Positions 8,692 through 19,309 of a stretch of 47,248 nucleotides of DNA are shown piece after piece. The notes beneath the pieces are model-generated. The model made no database searches and was not told where the DNA came from. It saw only the letters and a list, made by a program, of their open reading frames with translations. Every line of letters begins with the position of its first letter. Within the stretch, counting starts at the first letter, position 1. Origin of the DNA: Promethearchaeia archaeon (GTDB taxonomy: Archaea > Asgardarchaeota > Lokiarchaeia > Sigyniarchaeales > SOKP01); the NCBI GenBank assembly GCA_029856155.1, contig JAHQWL010000034.1, positions 1-47,248 of the forward strand, given 5' to 3'. Position numbers and translations under genes: made by a program.

Positions 8692-9699
8692 TTGAATAAA
8701 GTAAGTTTAAGAGTTGGGTTTATTGGAGCTGGTTCTATAGGAAGCCTATTTGGTGGCTATTTAGCAGATATTAAATCTGATATTTATTCAATAGAAGTAA
8801 TCTTTTTTTGTATGAAAAACCATGCTAATGTGATAAAGAGGAAAGGGTTAAAAGTATATAGAGATCAAAAGGTAAACATAATTAGAAACATCAAAGCATT
8901 TGAAAACGAAAAATTTGTTGAGGGTATATTAGATAAAGATACGAGTTTTAAATTTGATTTCATTTTTCTTACAACTAAAACATATGATATTAATGCAGCT
9001 ATTCTACAATACGATAAAATCATTAAAGCGAGCAAATATTTAGTGATTTTACAGAATGGAATTGGTAATGAAGATGTTGTTATTGAATATTGTAATAGGG
9101 CAAAGATTATTAGGGCAGTGACAACGAACGGGGCTTTATTGGAGAAACCAGGTCACTTAATTCATACGGGGCAAGGTATAACCAAGATTGGATTTCCATT
9201 TCTTATGGAACTTAATTTAGAAGAACGTGAATTAGATCAAGCTAAATCGTTTTTAATATTATTAAGAGATATTTTAAATTTAGCCGATTTGGAAACTATT
9301 ATAGTAGAAGATATAATCAAGGAATGTTGGGAAAAAGCATTGGTGAACATTGGGATCAATGCAATTGGGGCTTTAACTCGTTTAACTAATGGAGAATTAT
9401 TGAAAATTGAGGGATTAAGGTATTTCATCGAGCAAGTAATTAATGAAGCAATGAAAGTGGCGGAGATGAAAAATATTATACTTTCCAAAAAAGATTATGT
9501 ATCGATAACATATGATGTTCTTAAGAAAACAGCAAATAATAAGAATTCAATGTTACAAGATATCTTAAATAGGAGAACGACAGAAATTGATTTCTTAAAT
9601 GGAAGAATCTTGAGTTATGCTGAAAATTTAGGTATAAAAGTGCCTATTAATGAGCTTTTAACTTGTTTAATAAGAGGTTTGGGAGACTCAATTATTTAA
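8692..9699 (+). CDS. panE: 2-dehydropantoate 2-reductase (ketopantoate reductase)
   Basis: GAGSIG Rossmann motif, TTKTYD, LQNGIG, WEKALVN, NKNSMLQD...TEIDFLNG. Confidence 0.93.
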   Translation: MNKVSLRVGFIGAGSIGSLFGGYLADIKSDIYSIEVIFFCMKNHANVIKRKGLKVYRDQKVNIIRNIKAFENEKFVEGILDKDTSFKFDFIFLTTKTYDINAAILQYDKIIKASKYLVILQNGIGNEDVVIEYCNRAKIIRAVTTNGALLEKPGHLIHTGQGITKIGFPFLMELNLEERELDQAKSFLILLRDILNLADLETIIVEDIIKECWEKALVNIGINAIGALTRLTNGELLKIEGLRYFIEQVINEAMKVAEMKNIILSKKDYVSITYDVLKKTANNKNSMLQDILNRRTTEIDFLNGRILSYAENLGIKVPINELLTCLIRGLGDSII

Positions 9700-10229
9700 A
9701 AATCTTTTGCATCTAGAGTCATAAAATACGCATTTTCACCGTCTCGATAATAGTTTTTTTTAATACTTTCAATTTTGTAATTTAATTTTTCATACAATCT
9801 AATTGCTGTATAATTTGAGACTCTAACTTCGAGAACATATTCATGAATTTTATACTTTTGAATTGCTTTCATACTATTTGACAATAATGCTTTAGCAATT
9901 CCTTTTCTTCTAAAACCTTCAGAGACAGCAATTGACACAAGATGTCCCTTATTTATATATTTTAAGCTATTAGCAGAAGGAGCTTTTTCTACTCTCCACA
10001 TTATATAAGCTATTATTTTTCCATGCTGATTTTGAGCCACTAAGAAGCATTCTGGAAAATCATCAAGTATATTTTTATAGAAAAAATATGGATAATCTTC
10101 GGGTAATTCTTTTTCATTTACATCAATTACATCGTCTAAATCTTCTGACCTACACTTTCTAATCCAGAATTCTGGGTCATTTTTGATAGTATTGAAGATA
10201 TTTGTCTTGGTTTCCTTATTAGTTGTCAT
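9696..10229 (-). CDS. Protein N-alpha-acetyltransferase (Ard1/RimI-type GNAT)
   Basis: LPEDY, GHLVSIAV..FRRKGIA, LEVRVSN..AIRLY, YYRDGENAY. Confidence 0.92.
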   Translation of the reverse strand: MTTNKETKTNIFNTIKNDPEFWIRKCRSEDLDDVIDVNEKELPEDYPYFFYKNILDDFPECFLVAQNQHGKIIAYIMWRVEKAPSANSLKYINKGHLVSIAVSEGFRRKGIAKALLSNSMKAIQKYKIHEYVLEVRVSNYTAIRLYEKLNYKIESIKKNYYRDGENAYFMTLDAKDF

Positions 10230-10335
10230 TGTTATTAATGCTAAAGATTTTTTAAATATAAAATAGCCATAATAGTATATGGATTATAAAAATATAAGCT
10301 TTTAAGTTTTTATGAATCAGAAAATATAGATAAAA

Positions 10336-11133
10336 TCAAAATTTTACAGCAGCAAATGCGTTTTCTTTTTGTTTTTCAATATATTCAAGAATTAGATTCA
10401 GAGTATTTTGAATATTTAGTTTATTATTAAAGTTGTTTACAATCATTTCTAATTTTGTTTTATCGAGTTTCTTTAATTTTTGTGCAGCTTTTATCATTTC
10501 TGGGATTGTTCTTACAATGTTATCAACAATTGTAATATCAGCCCATATAGCAGTTCTACTTAATGGATTTAAATCAACAGCGATAACTTTTTTGTTTAAT
10601 TTTTTCAAAGCTTCAGTTCTATCTCCATCTTCTAATGGGACCATAACTAAATCAGCATTTGCTATGAATTCAACCTTTTTTCTATTGCTATCAAGACCAT
10701 TCAGGTCTATCATTTTTTTTGGATCAGTTCCATAAATTACAGACGCTCCAGCCTTTTGTAAAACTTTTTTAATTGCATTTATTCTACCTTTTTTATGATA
10801 AAACAAATTGATTTCGAGCGGAGTATTTAAAATATTCGATAAAATTACGAGCTCATCGGGCACTAACGCTGCAACATTTCCATTTACACTGATGATAGGT
10901 CTATCAGCTAATAATATAGAAGCCACAGCAGCCTCAATGGCTTTTTTGGCAGTTTCAGTAGTTTTTTCACCTAAAATATAATCAAAACATTCTCCTCTTC
11001 CGTGTGCGATGAGCCCCGCTTCAGCAACCACCAAATTTTTCATACCATCGATTATTTTATGACGATATTTTATACTTTCATAGCGGGGGTGAGACTTAGG
11101 AACCATATGATCTTGATCTTCGTTTGAAGTCAT
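10336..11133 (-). CDS. pps: 4-phosphopantoate--beta-alanine ligase (archaeal phosphopantothenate synthetase)
   Basis: PKSHPRYES, GLIAHGRGECFDY, SVNGN, VPLEDGDR, DLNPLSRT. Confidence 0.95.
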   Translation of the reverse strand: MTSNEDQDHMVPKSHPRYESIKYRHKIIDGMKNLVVAEAGLIAHGRGECFDYILGEKTTETAKKAIEAAVASILLADRPIISVNGNVAALVPDELVILSNILNTPLEINLFYHKKGRINAIKKVLQKAGASVIYGTDPKKMIDLNGLDSNRKKVEFIANADLVMVPLEDGDRTEALKKLNKKVIAVDLNPLSRTAIWADITIVDNIVRTIPEMIKAAQKLKKLDKTKLEMIVNNFNNKLNIQNTLNLILEYIEKQKENAFAAVKF

Positions 11134-11227
11134 GAGATTTTAAAATTATTAATATTGTTCTTTATATAGATTGATATAAAGAAAAACTATTAATCTTTTG
11201 TATAATAATATAATTTTGCAGATGATT

Positions 11228-12502
11228 ATGAGTTCATTAGCCAAAAAAAAGCCTAATGACTTGCGGATCTATAAAACAAAAAAACTACTAAAAGATCTTA
11301 AAAGTAAAAAGGGCTTTCATACAGAATTAATTTCAGTATACATTCCTCATGATAGAAAAATTTCAGATGTAACAAATCATCTAAAAAATGAAATAAGTGA
11401 AAGTCAAAATATTAAATCAAAATTAACACGAAAAAATGTATTAGATAGTATTTCTAGTCTTTTAGGGCAATTGAAAAATATAAATGATGTTCCTGAAAAT
11501 GGATTAGTCATGTTCTCTGGAGCGATTCCCCAGAGTAATACGCCCGGAACAGAAAGGAATGAAATGTATATTTTAGAACCTCCCGATAGAGTAGTAACTT
11601 TTAGATATCATTGCGCTAGCGAGTTCTTATTATGGCCTTTAGAGGAAATGTTAACTCCTAGTGATACATATGGTTTATTAGTGATAGGGAGAGCGGAATC
11701 TGCCTTAGGTTACATTAAAGGTAATAAAGTCGAAATAGTTAGAGAATTTACTTCAGGTATTCACGGAAAACACAGAGCGGGAGGACAATCTCAAAAGAGG
11801 TTTGAAAGACTAATTGAAGAAGGAGAAAAGCAATTTTATCGCAGAATTTCAGATACAGTAAATGAACTTTTCTTACCCATGGAGGATCTAAAAGGTATAT
11901 TTATTGGTGGCCCAGGTCAATCAAAAGAAAAATTTGTTTCTGATGAGAGTTTAGATTACAGATTACGAGATAAAATTTTAGATACAGTTGATCTTGGTTA
12001 TGGTGGTGCAGAAGGAATTCGAGCTTTAATAGAAAAAGTGAAAGACAAAATAGAAGATGTAAAATATATTCAGGAAAAGCAAATTATGCAACGATTTATG
12101 AAAGAGATTTCAGTTGATTCGGGTTTGGCATCCTACGGATTGGAAGAAATACAAAGAGCATTAAATTATGGTGCTGTTGACACATTAATGCTTTCAGAAA
12201 GATTAAATATCTATAAGGTTAAATTAGAATGTTCTAATTGTGAATTTAGTGAATATAGAAATATTAAAGAAAATGTCCTTGAAACAATTAAGGGAGATAT
12301 TCAAGAAGAAATTTGTCCTAAATGCTCATCAAACACATTCAACATCACTGAAAATAAGGCAATCATAGAAGTACTCGGGGAATTAGCTGAATCAACTGGA
12401 ACAGATGTAATTATCTTATCAACTGAAACTGAAGAAGGAGAAATGTTATATAGTACTTTTGGAGGAATTGCAGCAATCCTTCGTTATAAAATTGATTATT
12501 AA
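11228..12502 (+). CDS. prf1: Peptide chain release factor aRF1
   Basis: TELISVYIP, NIKS, YHC, KHRAGGQSQKRFER, FGGIAAILRY; start more likely ATG 11222/11228 than TTG 11198. Confidence 0.97.
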   Translation: MSSLAKKKPNDLRIYKTKKLLKDLKSKKGFHTELISVYIPHDRKISDVTNHLKNEISESQNIKSKLTRKNVLDSISSLLGQLKNINDVPENGLVMFSGAIPQSNTPGTERNEMYILEPPDRVVTFRYHCASEFLLWPLEEMLTPSDTYGLLVIGRAESALGYIKGNKVEIVREFTSGIHGKHRAGGQSQKRFERLIEEGEKQFYRRISDTVNELFLPMEDLKGIFIGGPGQSKEKFVSDESLDYRLRDKILDTVDLGYGGAEGIRALIEKVKDKIEDVKYIQEKQIMQRFMKEISVDSGLASYGLEEIQRALNYGAVDTLMLSERLNIYKVKLECSNCEFSEYRNIKENVLETIKGDIQEEICPKCSSNTFNITENKAIIEVLGELAESTGTDVIILSTETEEGEMLYSTFGGIAAILRYKIDY

Positions 12503-12551
12503 ATGAAAAAAAGACTTCAATTTATAGAAGAGATAAAAAGAGGGTTTAGAT

Positions 12552-13535
12552 ATGGAATTGAAAGATCAATTATTATCTTTAAAAATCATAATGTTTGGGG
12601 GAAAAGGAGGCGTCGGAAAAACAAGTTGTGCTGCAAGTTCAGCAATATGGGCTGCAGAACATGGAAGAAATACATTAATTATTAGTACTGATCCAGCTCA
12701 TTCTTTAGGTGATAGTTTAGGAGTTGAATTACCTCCCGGCATACCTACACTTATTGAAGAAGTAGAAAATTTAACAGCTTTAGAAATTAATCCAAAAACC
12801 AATATGGCAGAATTCAGAGGATTAACAGACATAAACCCCTTAGAGGAAATGGGAATGGGAGATATGATGGGAGGGATGCCGTTAATAGGTGATCTAGAAG
12901 ATTTAACTTCAATGAATCCCCCTGGAATTGATGAGGCTTTAGCTTTTGGTAAGATCTTAGAATTCATTGAGACTGAACATGATTATGATTTAGTTATCTT
13001 TGATACGGCTCCCACAGGTCATACATTAAGATTCTTAAGTCTCCCAGACACGCTATCCGGGTGGATAGGCAAGCTCATAAAAATGAAGATGAGATTAGGG
13101 AATATGTTTGGGGCTTTAAAAAGGATGTTTACTCATGAAGAAAAGAAAAAAGATAATTCTTTGGACGTTTTAGAAAAGTTAAATCAATCAATAATAAACG
13201 CAAAAGATGATCTTACAAATCCGATAAAGAATTCTTTTGTAATAGTTATGATACCAGAGGAAATGGCTATATTAGAAACTGGACGCTTACTCAATGAATT
13301 AGTTAAATATGAGATTCCAGTTTCTAATATTGTGGTGAATCAATTATATCAAGAGTCAACTGAATTATGCGATTTTTGTAAAACCAGACGAGACATGCAA
13401 CAAAAAAACCTTAATAAGATACGAGAGATATTTAAGAACAAATTAAATAAAATTTTAATTGAAGTCCCATTATTCCGGGAAGAAATAAGAGAATATGAAA
13501 AATTAAAAGAAATGGGAAAATTTTTAATAAGATAA
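12552..13535 (+). CDS. Get3/TRC40 (ArsA-family) ATPase
   Basis: GGKGGVGKT, STDPAHSL, PGIDE, DTAPTGHTLRFL; Met-rich insert EEMGMGDMMGGMP and CxxC (CDFC), typical of Get3-type members. Confidence 0.9.
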   Translation: MELKDQLLSLKIIMFGGKGGVGKTSCAASSAIWAAEHGRNTLIISTDPAHSLGDSLGVELPPGIPTLIEEVENLTALEINPKTNMAEFRGLTDINPLEEMGMGDMMGGMPLIGDLEDLTSMNPPGIDEALAFGKILEFIETEHDYDLVIFDTAPTGHTLRFLSLPDTLSGWIGKLIKMKMRLGNMFGALKRMFTHEEKKKDNSLDVLEKLNQSIINAKDDLTNPIKNSFVIVMIPEEMAILETGRLLNELVKYEIPVSNIVVNQLYQESTELCDFCKTRRDMQQKNLNKIREIFKNKLNKILIEVPLFREEIREYEKLKEMGKFLIR

Positions 13536-13537
13536 AA

Positions 13538-14515
13538 TTATTGATTTAATTCTTGTAAAAAGCTACAGTAATTACAAATTTTCCCTCTTCCACATGGATA
13601 ACCACAAGTTTGACATGAATTATATTCTTTTTTTTCTCTATAACTATAAAGTGATTCTGATAATTCTAAAAAACTATTTAATAGATTAAACTCTATTTCC
13701 GGGCTATATTTTTTGCATTCTTGAATAAAATCTAATACTCTTTTCCTTATGATTGGGTCTTTTTCTCTATAAGGGCAATGAGAGGGGTAATAACTGAATT
13801 CTTTAATATTTGAATACAAAAAGATTTCTTCTTCGGGGATTCTTATTAAAGGTGTAATTTTCTTTATAAAAAAATGATTTATCTTCTCATTCTCTTTCTT
13901 AAATAAATATTGATTTGCGATAATATCCAAACGTTTATAGAGAATATTCATAAGATATGTTTCTGCTAAATCAGTAAGATTATGTCCCATTGCTAAGACA
14001 GTACCACCTAATTCTTTAGCACCATCATTCAATAACCTCCGTCTACCTGTTGCACAATAATTACAGGCATATTTGTAATCTGGAGATTCTTTTTTTATCT
14101 TAATGATCTCATCTAAAGTATATCCAATTTTTTCTTTAAAAGAAATAATTTTATGTTCAATATTATATTTCTTGCAAAATTCTCTTGCTTTTTCGATACT
14201 ATATTCTCTATATTCTTTTATTCCTTCATCAATTGTTAAGGCTATAATTGATTTAGATTGATGAGTTCTATTCTGAATGTTATTTAAATTATATAAAAGT
14301 GAAATTGAATCTTTCCCTCCTGATAAAGCAACTACAATTCTGTCTTCGGGTTTTAGCATTTGATATTTAGATATAGTCTTATAAATTATTTTCTCAATAT
14401 TTTTTTGAAAGCATTCTGGACAAAGATTTTCTCCAGAGTATTTTCTTTGTATTACAGTAGTATTAGTACAGTGTGAACATTTCCCATTTTTCAAAAAAAT
14501 ATTATAATTACTCAT
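13538..14515 (-). CDS. tRNA 2-thiolation protein (TtuA/Ncs6/CTU1 family)
   Basis: N- and C-terminal Zn fingers, PP-loop SGGKDS, CNYC, GHNLTD, CPY; start placed at MSNY (14515). Confidence 0.92.
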   Translation of the reverse strand: MSNYNIFLKNGKCSHCTNTTVIQRKYSGENLCPECFQKNIEKIIYKTISKYQMLKPEDRIVVALSGGKDSISLLYNLNNIQNRTHQSKSIIALTIDEGIKEYREYSIEKAREFCKKYNIEHKIISFKEKIGYTLDEIIKIKKESPDYKYACNYCATGRRRLLNDGAKELGGTVLAMGHNLTDLAETYLMNILYKRLDIIANQYLFKKENEKINHFFIKKITPLIRIPEEEIFLYSNIKEFSYYPSHCPYREKDPIIRKRVLDFIQECKKYSPEIEFNLLNSFLELSESLYSYREKKEYNSCQTCGYPCGRGKICNYCSFLQELNQ

Positions 14516-14544
14516 TAAAGTCTTAAAAAAAAAATAGTTAAAAA

Positions 14545-16359
14545 TTATATCCAAAATAGAAATCCACCGAAATTTATAAAAGATAGAACAAAATTTCCCA
14601 CAACTATAAACAATGTGATTAATCGTATAATATTTAAAAGTTTATTTTTTACTTTTCGTTTCTCATCATGCCAATACTCATAAGAGATCTCAATAAGTGA
14701 ACCATCTTCTATTTTTGTTTGTTCAGGAAGGTTTAAAGATACAGTATCTTTAAATCCATCACCAATTTTATCGATTAGAGTATATTTTTCTTCAGCTAAA
14801 ATTATTTCACTCTGTTTTCTATCACCGATTTGATTCTCTATTAAAATTTTGACAGATTCTATTTTTTCTACTCTGTATTCTGATAAACTGAGATCTTTCT
14901 CATCTTTTTTAAATTGAACTTTATCTGTTTTTTTCTTGGTAGTTTTGAAATCTTCTCCAAAACCCCAATTAATTAATTCTTTAACCATTCTATCGCCATC
15001 GAATATTGGTAAAGGAAGCATATTAAAGAGAGTTATACTGAAAGCAATAATAAATAGCCATGCTATTTCCCTATACCAAAATTCTGGCCAAAAAGGTGTA
15101 AAGAATTTTGCGAAATCGTTTTTATGCATAAAGTATGAATTACTATAAATGCCAATTTTTACCCCTATTTCTTCAACATCTAGGATATAAGGATCAGAAG
15201 CAGTACTTAGATTAATAGTATTTAGATTAAATTGCGTTAATGCTTTTTCCAATGTATCTCCGCTAATTCGATTTATTGGAACTCCGTTTATCTCGGTAAT
15301 AGTTAATCCAACAGTTAAATTTTTATTATAGTTATTTCCTCCTTCACTTTCAGAATATATTCTAGTTATTTGTAATTCAGTGTCTGAGATATATTCATAA
15401 AGAATTCCTATATTATATCTTGGGCCTAACGTTATATTTTTCTCTGAATAACTATCTGCAGAAGGATTATAAATTCTGAATGTTAAATTATCCCCTATAG
15501 AACATTGTAAGCCAGTTCTATTATTTAATATATCATTTAGAGTTCTTCCCGCATAGTTATCAAGATAGATAAATTGATCGTCTTCAGCCCCTTTCTTTTT
15601 AATCGCTAAAATTACATCACCATTTGCTATATTTCCAAAATTAAATCCCCCATCTGCTTCTGTTACTACACTGTTTACTTGAGCGACTTGAGAATAAAAG
15701 GGAGCGATGATAAGTGGGAAACTTAATAATAGTAAGAATGCAACTCCGGCTGTCATTCCATTTACATATGTCCCCGCGGCTGCAATTCGTAACCTTGTAT
15801 TTCTATGGAATTTTCGAGAACTTAATGCTCTCTCATCAACTTCAACAAAAGCGCCAAAACCTATAATAAAAAAAATCCCTGCTGCGAGAACACCAGTAGA
15901 TTTTATATCTACTCCATCCGCGCCAGCTGAAATCCCATGAGCAAGTTCGTGTGTAGTTAAAATAAATAATAATGGAAGGATTAAATAAACCAAGACGGGT
16001 AAGTCGATATTCACACCTGGAATAAGAGGAACTATAGCTTGTTCAATCCTAGGATTAAAAATCAGATTGACAAAGTTTGTAAAGAAGAAATATAGAGCAT
16101 AAATTGTAAAGCTAAATGACACAAATATGCCTATAGTCCAAAAAATTTTCCAGAATTTAGGAGCTTTTTTTGATAATTTCGTTATGAAATTATTTAATTT
16201 TCTCGTTTTAAACATTGCCAGCATTGGAAACCAGAGATAGTATGCCTCTTTCTTATTTCTTAATAAGCGAATTAAAAGTAAAACTCCAACCCAAAATATT
16301 AAAGATAAAATGAACCATGGATTTAAAATAAAATCTAATATAAAATCAAGTACAGACAT
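14545..16359 (-). CDS. Site-2 protease (M50 membrane metalloprotease) with PDZ-like inserts
   Basis: HELAH, GAFVE, IAAAG, NMLPLPIFDGD. Confidence 0.93.
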   Translation of the reverse strand: MSVLDFILDFILNPWFILSLIFWVGVLLLIRLLRNKKEAYYLWFPMLAMFKTRKLNNFITKLSKKAPKFWKIFWTIGIFVSFSFTIYALYFFFTNFVNLIFNPRIEQAIVPLIPGVNIDLPVLVYLILPLLFILTTHELAHGISAGADGVDIKSTGVLAAGIFFIIGFGAFVEVDERALSSRKFHRNTRLRIAAAGTYVNGMTAGVAFLLLLSFPLIIAPFYSQVAQVNSVVTEADGGFNFGNIANGDVILAIKKKGAEDDQFIYLDNYAGRTLNDILNNRTGLQCSIGDNLTFRIYNPSADSYSEKNITLGPRYNIGILYEYISDTELQITRIYSESEGGNNYNKNLTVGLTITEINGVPINRISGDTLEKALTQFNLNTINLSTASDPYILDVEEIGVKIGIYSNSYFMHKNDFAKFFTPFWPEFWYREIAWLFIIAFSITLFNMLPLPIFDGDRMVKELINWGFGEDFKTTKKKTDKVQFKKDEKDLSLSEYRVEKIESVKILIENQIGDRKQSEIILAEEKYTLIDKIGDGFKDTVSLNLPEQTKIEDGSLIEISYEYWHDEKRKVKNKLLNIIRLITLFIVVGNFVLSFINFGGFLFWI

Positions 16360-16555
16360 AAGCTTCCATCAAACTATTTTCTTTTTATTATCTAATTTAC
16401 ATAAGAAATTAAAGTTATTGGTTATAAACTTGGTATTTTAACATTAGAGATATAAATACCCTTATAAAATAGAAAAAGATTAAATTATTAGTTTATAATG
16501 TTATATATATAATTATTTTATATTGCATAGGAATCAAACCCATAGATCCTTTCAT

Positions 16556-16666
16556 AGCGGGGTGGGCTAGCCTGGTTTATGCCGCAGGGCTCATAAGTCG
16601 CAGATATTATTCCCATCTCATCGAGAAACCCTGAGATCGTTCGTTCAAATCGAACCCCCGCTACCA
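16556..16666 (+). tRNA. Initiator tRNA-Met (CAT) with a 32-nt intron at 37/38 (16596-16627); CCA encoded
   Basis: A1-U72 acceptor AGCGGGG/CCCCGCU; CAGGG-CU-CAU-A...A-CCCUG with three G-C pairs; T-arm GUUCG-UUCAAAU-CGAAC; relaxed BHB. Confidence 0.93.
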
Positions 16667-16813
16667 TTTTCAATATATTTCTCTATGGTGTAAATAAGTA
16701 ACCTATACAAATATTTTGAGAAAAAGTGCTCTTTAATATTTTTAGCTTAATAATTACTTCTATATTAAAAAAAGATTTACTTTTAAAATATTAAAATAGG
16801 AGAAAGGTTAGAG

Positions 16814-17560
16814 ATGAATGAAATAAAAAGATTCAAGAGAAATCCTGCAGTTCAATGCTGGATAAAACATCTTTTTGAGGGTCAATATGATGAGAATGAG
16901 AAATTTTTCTATACAATTTTTGGGCATGTTAAGCGTATTCGTATAATTGCTACAATTATTGAAAAAAGAGAGAATTTAATAGAAGCAAATGAGGTAGACA
17001 TGGGAATAGAAGAAAAAATTGATTCAAACATTAGACTTGATTTTGATTTAGATGATAGCACGGGAATGATCAGAGCGATTATTAGGAATGTAAATCCAGA
17101 TAAGTTCAAAACTTTTAATAAGGGTGATATCGTAGAAATTACAGGTCGCGTAAGTAAATTTAAAGATTTCATATCTTTATGGATAGAAATTGTAAGAAAA
17201 GTGGAAGAACCTAATCTTATTTTACTAAGGAATGCTGAAATAATTAATAAAATAACGCACGGAGAAATTCAAGAGATACCAGAATTGTCTAATGTAAATA
17301 ATAATATAGATGAATTTTCTGATGAAATAGATGTTACGACTTTATTTGAAAGTGAAAATGATTCTGGCAAGCACGATACAATAAAGGAAAAAATTTATTT
17401 AATTGTTGAAGAGTATTCTGCGAGAGGAAATGGAATAAATTTTGAAAAATTACGGCAAGAAGTTGGAATCCCCGATAATGATTTGAAAATATATCTGAAT
17501 GACTTAATTTTAGAATCACGTATTTACGAATCTGACAATGATAATTTTGAAGCATTTTAA
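16814..17560 (+). CDS. RPA32/RPA2-like protein (OB fold plus C-terminal winged helix)
   Basis: RIRIIATII...FDLDDSTGMIRAI..GDIVEITG OB fold; acidic linker; C-terminal GINFEKL...LILESRIYE winged-helix pattern. Confidence 0.8.
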   Translation: MNEIKRFKRNPAVQCWIKHLFEGQYDENEKFFYTIFGHVKRIRIIATIIEKRENLIEANEVDMGIEEKIDSNIRLDFDLDDSTGMIRAIIRNVNPDKFKTFNKGDIVEITGRVSKFKDFISLWIEIVRKVEEPNLILLRNAEIINKITHGEIQEIPELSNVNNNIDEFSDEIDVTTLFESENDSGKHDTIKEKIYLIVEEYSARGNGINFEKLRQEVGIPDNDLKIYLNDLILESRIYESDNDNFEAF

Positions 17561-17659
17561 TTTAAATTTATAGGTCTATTTTTTCACTAATAAAGGAAAA
17601 TTATTTTTCTTATAGTTGATTTCATATATATATAAACTATTTGAATTAAGAATAGAATT

Positions 17660-18073
17660 ATGGATATTAATAATTATAATGAATTATTAGATAAGGCTTA
17701 TGAAAAGATACCTGAAAATGTGAAAAGATCATCAAGATTTGAAATACCTAAAGTTGAACTACGGATTGAAAGCAGAAATTCATTTATTACCAATTTTAAT
17801 AAAATAATTAATACTCTCAACAGAGATAAGAAACATTTTATTGGTATATTTCTGAAAAATGCAGGGACGATGGGGGAGATTAGGGGACAACAATTATTTT
17901 TAAAAGGGCAATATAAGGAGCAGGTACTAAATAAATTGATTGAAAATTATACTAAAACATACGTTTTATGTAGCATTTGTAATAAACCAGATACTCAAAT
18001 TCAAAGAGAAGGTAAAAAACTTTATCTTAAATGTACTGCTTGTGGGGCAAGAGAAGAAATTAAAGAAAAATAA
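17660..18073 (+). CDS. eif2b: Translation initiation factor aIF-2 beta subunit
   Basis: YNELLDKAY..IP, RFEIP, YVLCSICNKPDT...CTACGA. Confidence 0.96.
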   Translation: MDINNYNELLDKAYEKIPENVKRSSRFEIPKVELRIESRNSFITNFNKIINTLNRDKKHFIGIFLKNAGTMGEIRGQQLFLKGQYKEQVLNKLIENYTKTYVLCSICNKPDTQIQREGKKLYLKCTACGAREEIKEK

Positions 18074-18098
18074 GCTCAAGGTTGAAATAGCAAAATTG

Positions 18099-18395
18099 AT
18101 GAAGGTATATCTCAAAGTTCATGTTAGGGATGATTTTGAAACAATAGCATGTTGTGATGAAGAATTGCTAAATCAAGTTTTTAAAGAAGGAAATTTAAGA
18201 ATAGAAATTTCAAACCAATTTTTTGGGGGGAGCCTAATAAGTCTCGAAGATGCAATTTCTATTTTGAAAAGTGCATCATTTTTCAATATAGTTGGAGAAA
18301 AGATAATTAATAAAGCGATTGATTGTAATATTCTCCCTAAAGAAGGAGTTAGATTTATTAATGGAATACCTATGGCTTTAAAGATGATGTTTTAA
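18099..18395 (+). CDS. DUF424 family protein
   Basis: MKVYLKVH...IACCDEELL...FFGG...NIVGE; start placed at ATG 18099, after the aIF2-beta stop. Confidence 0.88.
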   Translation: MKVYLKVHVRDDFETIACCDEELLNQVFKEGNLRIEISNQFFGGSLISLEDAISILKSASFFNIVGEKIINKAIDCNILPKEGVRFINGIPMALKMMF

Positions 18396-19309
18396 TGCCT
18401 AATCGATTTTGCGCGATATGTGGAAAAAAATTAGGTCGGGAGGATCCACATTTTGGAATGTGTCTCACGTGTTTTTTAAAAGAACATCCATTATTTAAAT
18501 TACCAGATCGTTTATCAATTAATATCTGTCTTGATTGTGGTAGTTATTCTAAAAAAGATATATGGATTGAACCCTTAGATAACGAGTTATTTTCAATTAT
18601 CGAAGAAGCGATTCAAAAATTCCTATTAAAACCGTTTGAAAAAAAAAATAATATTGATTTTACTCTCAATATAAATGAAAATAGTTTTATTTTTTCATCA
18701 AAAGATTTATTAGTTTCACTTGAAGTTGAAATTATCGGTGTGTTCAAAGAGGATTTAAATATAAAACACAAGCATATATTATCTTTAAATCTAAATCATA
18801 TACTTTGCAAAAATTGTACTAATTTAAGAGGAGGAACTTACTTTATAGCAATTATTCAATTAAGAGTTAAAGATGAGGAACAATTTGATTTAATAAAGGA
18901 AGTTTTAGACGAAGTAAACGCCTATGCTGAGAACCTTTTTGAAAAAAACCATAAACATTATATCTCTAAATTAGAGAATCAAAAATTTGGGGTTGATTTA
19001 TATCTTAGTACAAATGAATTAATGAATTACATTATCAAGTTCTTAAAGTCTAAATATTACTTTTTATTAAAAAGGACAAAAAAGTTGGTGGGGAGGGATT
19101 CTCAAAAAGGGAGAAACCTTTATAGATTAAAAGCATTAATAAAATTTTTACCGGTGAAGATTAAGGACGTAATTTTTATTGGAGATCAAAACTATTATGT
19201 AGAAAATATCACCAAAAATAAAATTATTCTCAGAGGTGAAAATAACACGAAGTTGATAAAAGACTATACTTACTTCTTTAATGAAAAAATAATTAAAAAT
19301 AAATTATAG
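18395..19309 (+). CDS. NMD3-family ribosome biogenesis protein
   Basis: FCAICG...MCLTC, CLDCG, CKNC...YFIAIIQLR, GVDLY, KLVGRD. Confidence 0.9.
   Translation: MPNRFCAICGKKLGREDPHFGMCLTCFLKEHPLFKLPDRLSINICLDCGSYSKKDIWIEPLDNELFSIIEEAIQKFLLKPFEKKNNIDFTLNINENSFIFSSKDLLVSLEVEIIGVFKEDLNIKHKHILSLNLNHILCKNCTNLRGGTYFIAIIQLRVKDEEQFDLIKEVLDEVNAYAENLFEKNHKHYISKLENQKFGVDLYLSTNELMNYIIKFLKSKYYFLLKRTKKLVGRDSQKGRNLYRLKALIKFLPVKIKDVIFIGDQNYYVENITKNKIILRGENNTKLIKDYTYFFNEKIIKNKL

Noticed and set aside
14545-16359. S2P protease as the dedicated processing enzyme for the GGGP peptides
   Set aside because: Eep-type S2Ps process pheromones in Firmicutes, but this gene is 10 kb away in a core tRNA-thiolation context and nothing links them here.
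17940-18098. N-terminal extension of the DUF424 ORF
   Set aside because: It overlaps aIF2-beta; family similarity begins at ATG 18099.
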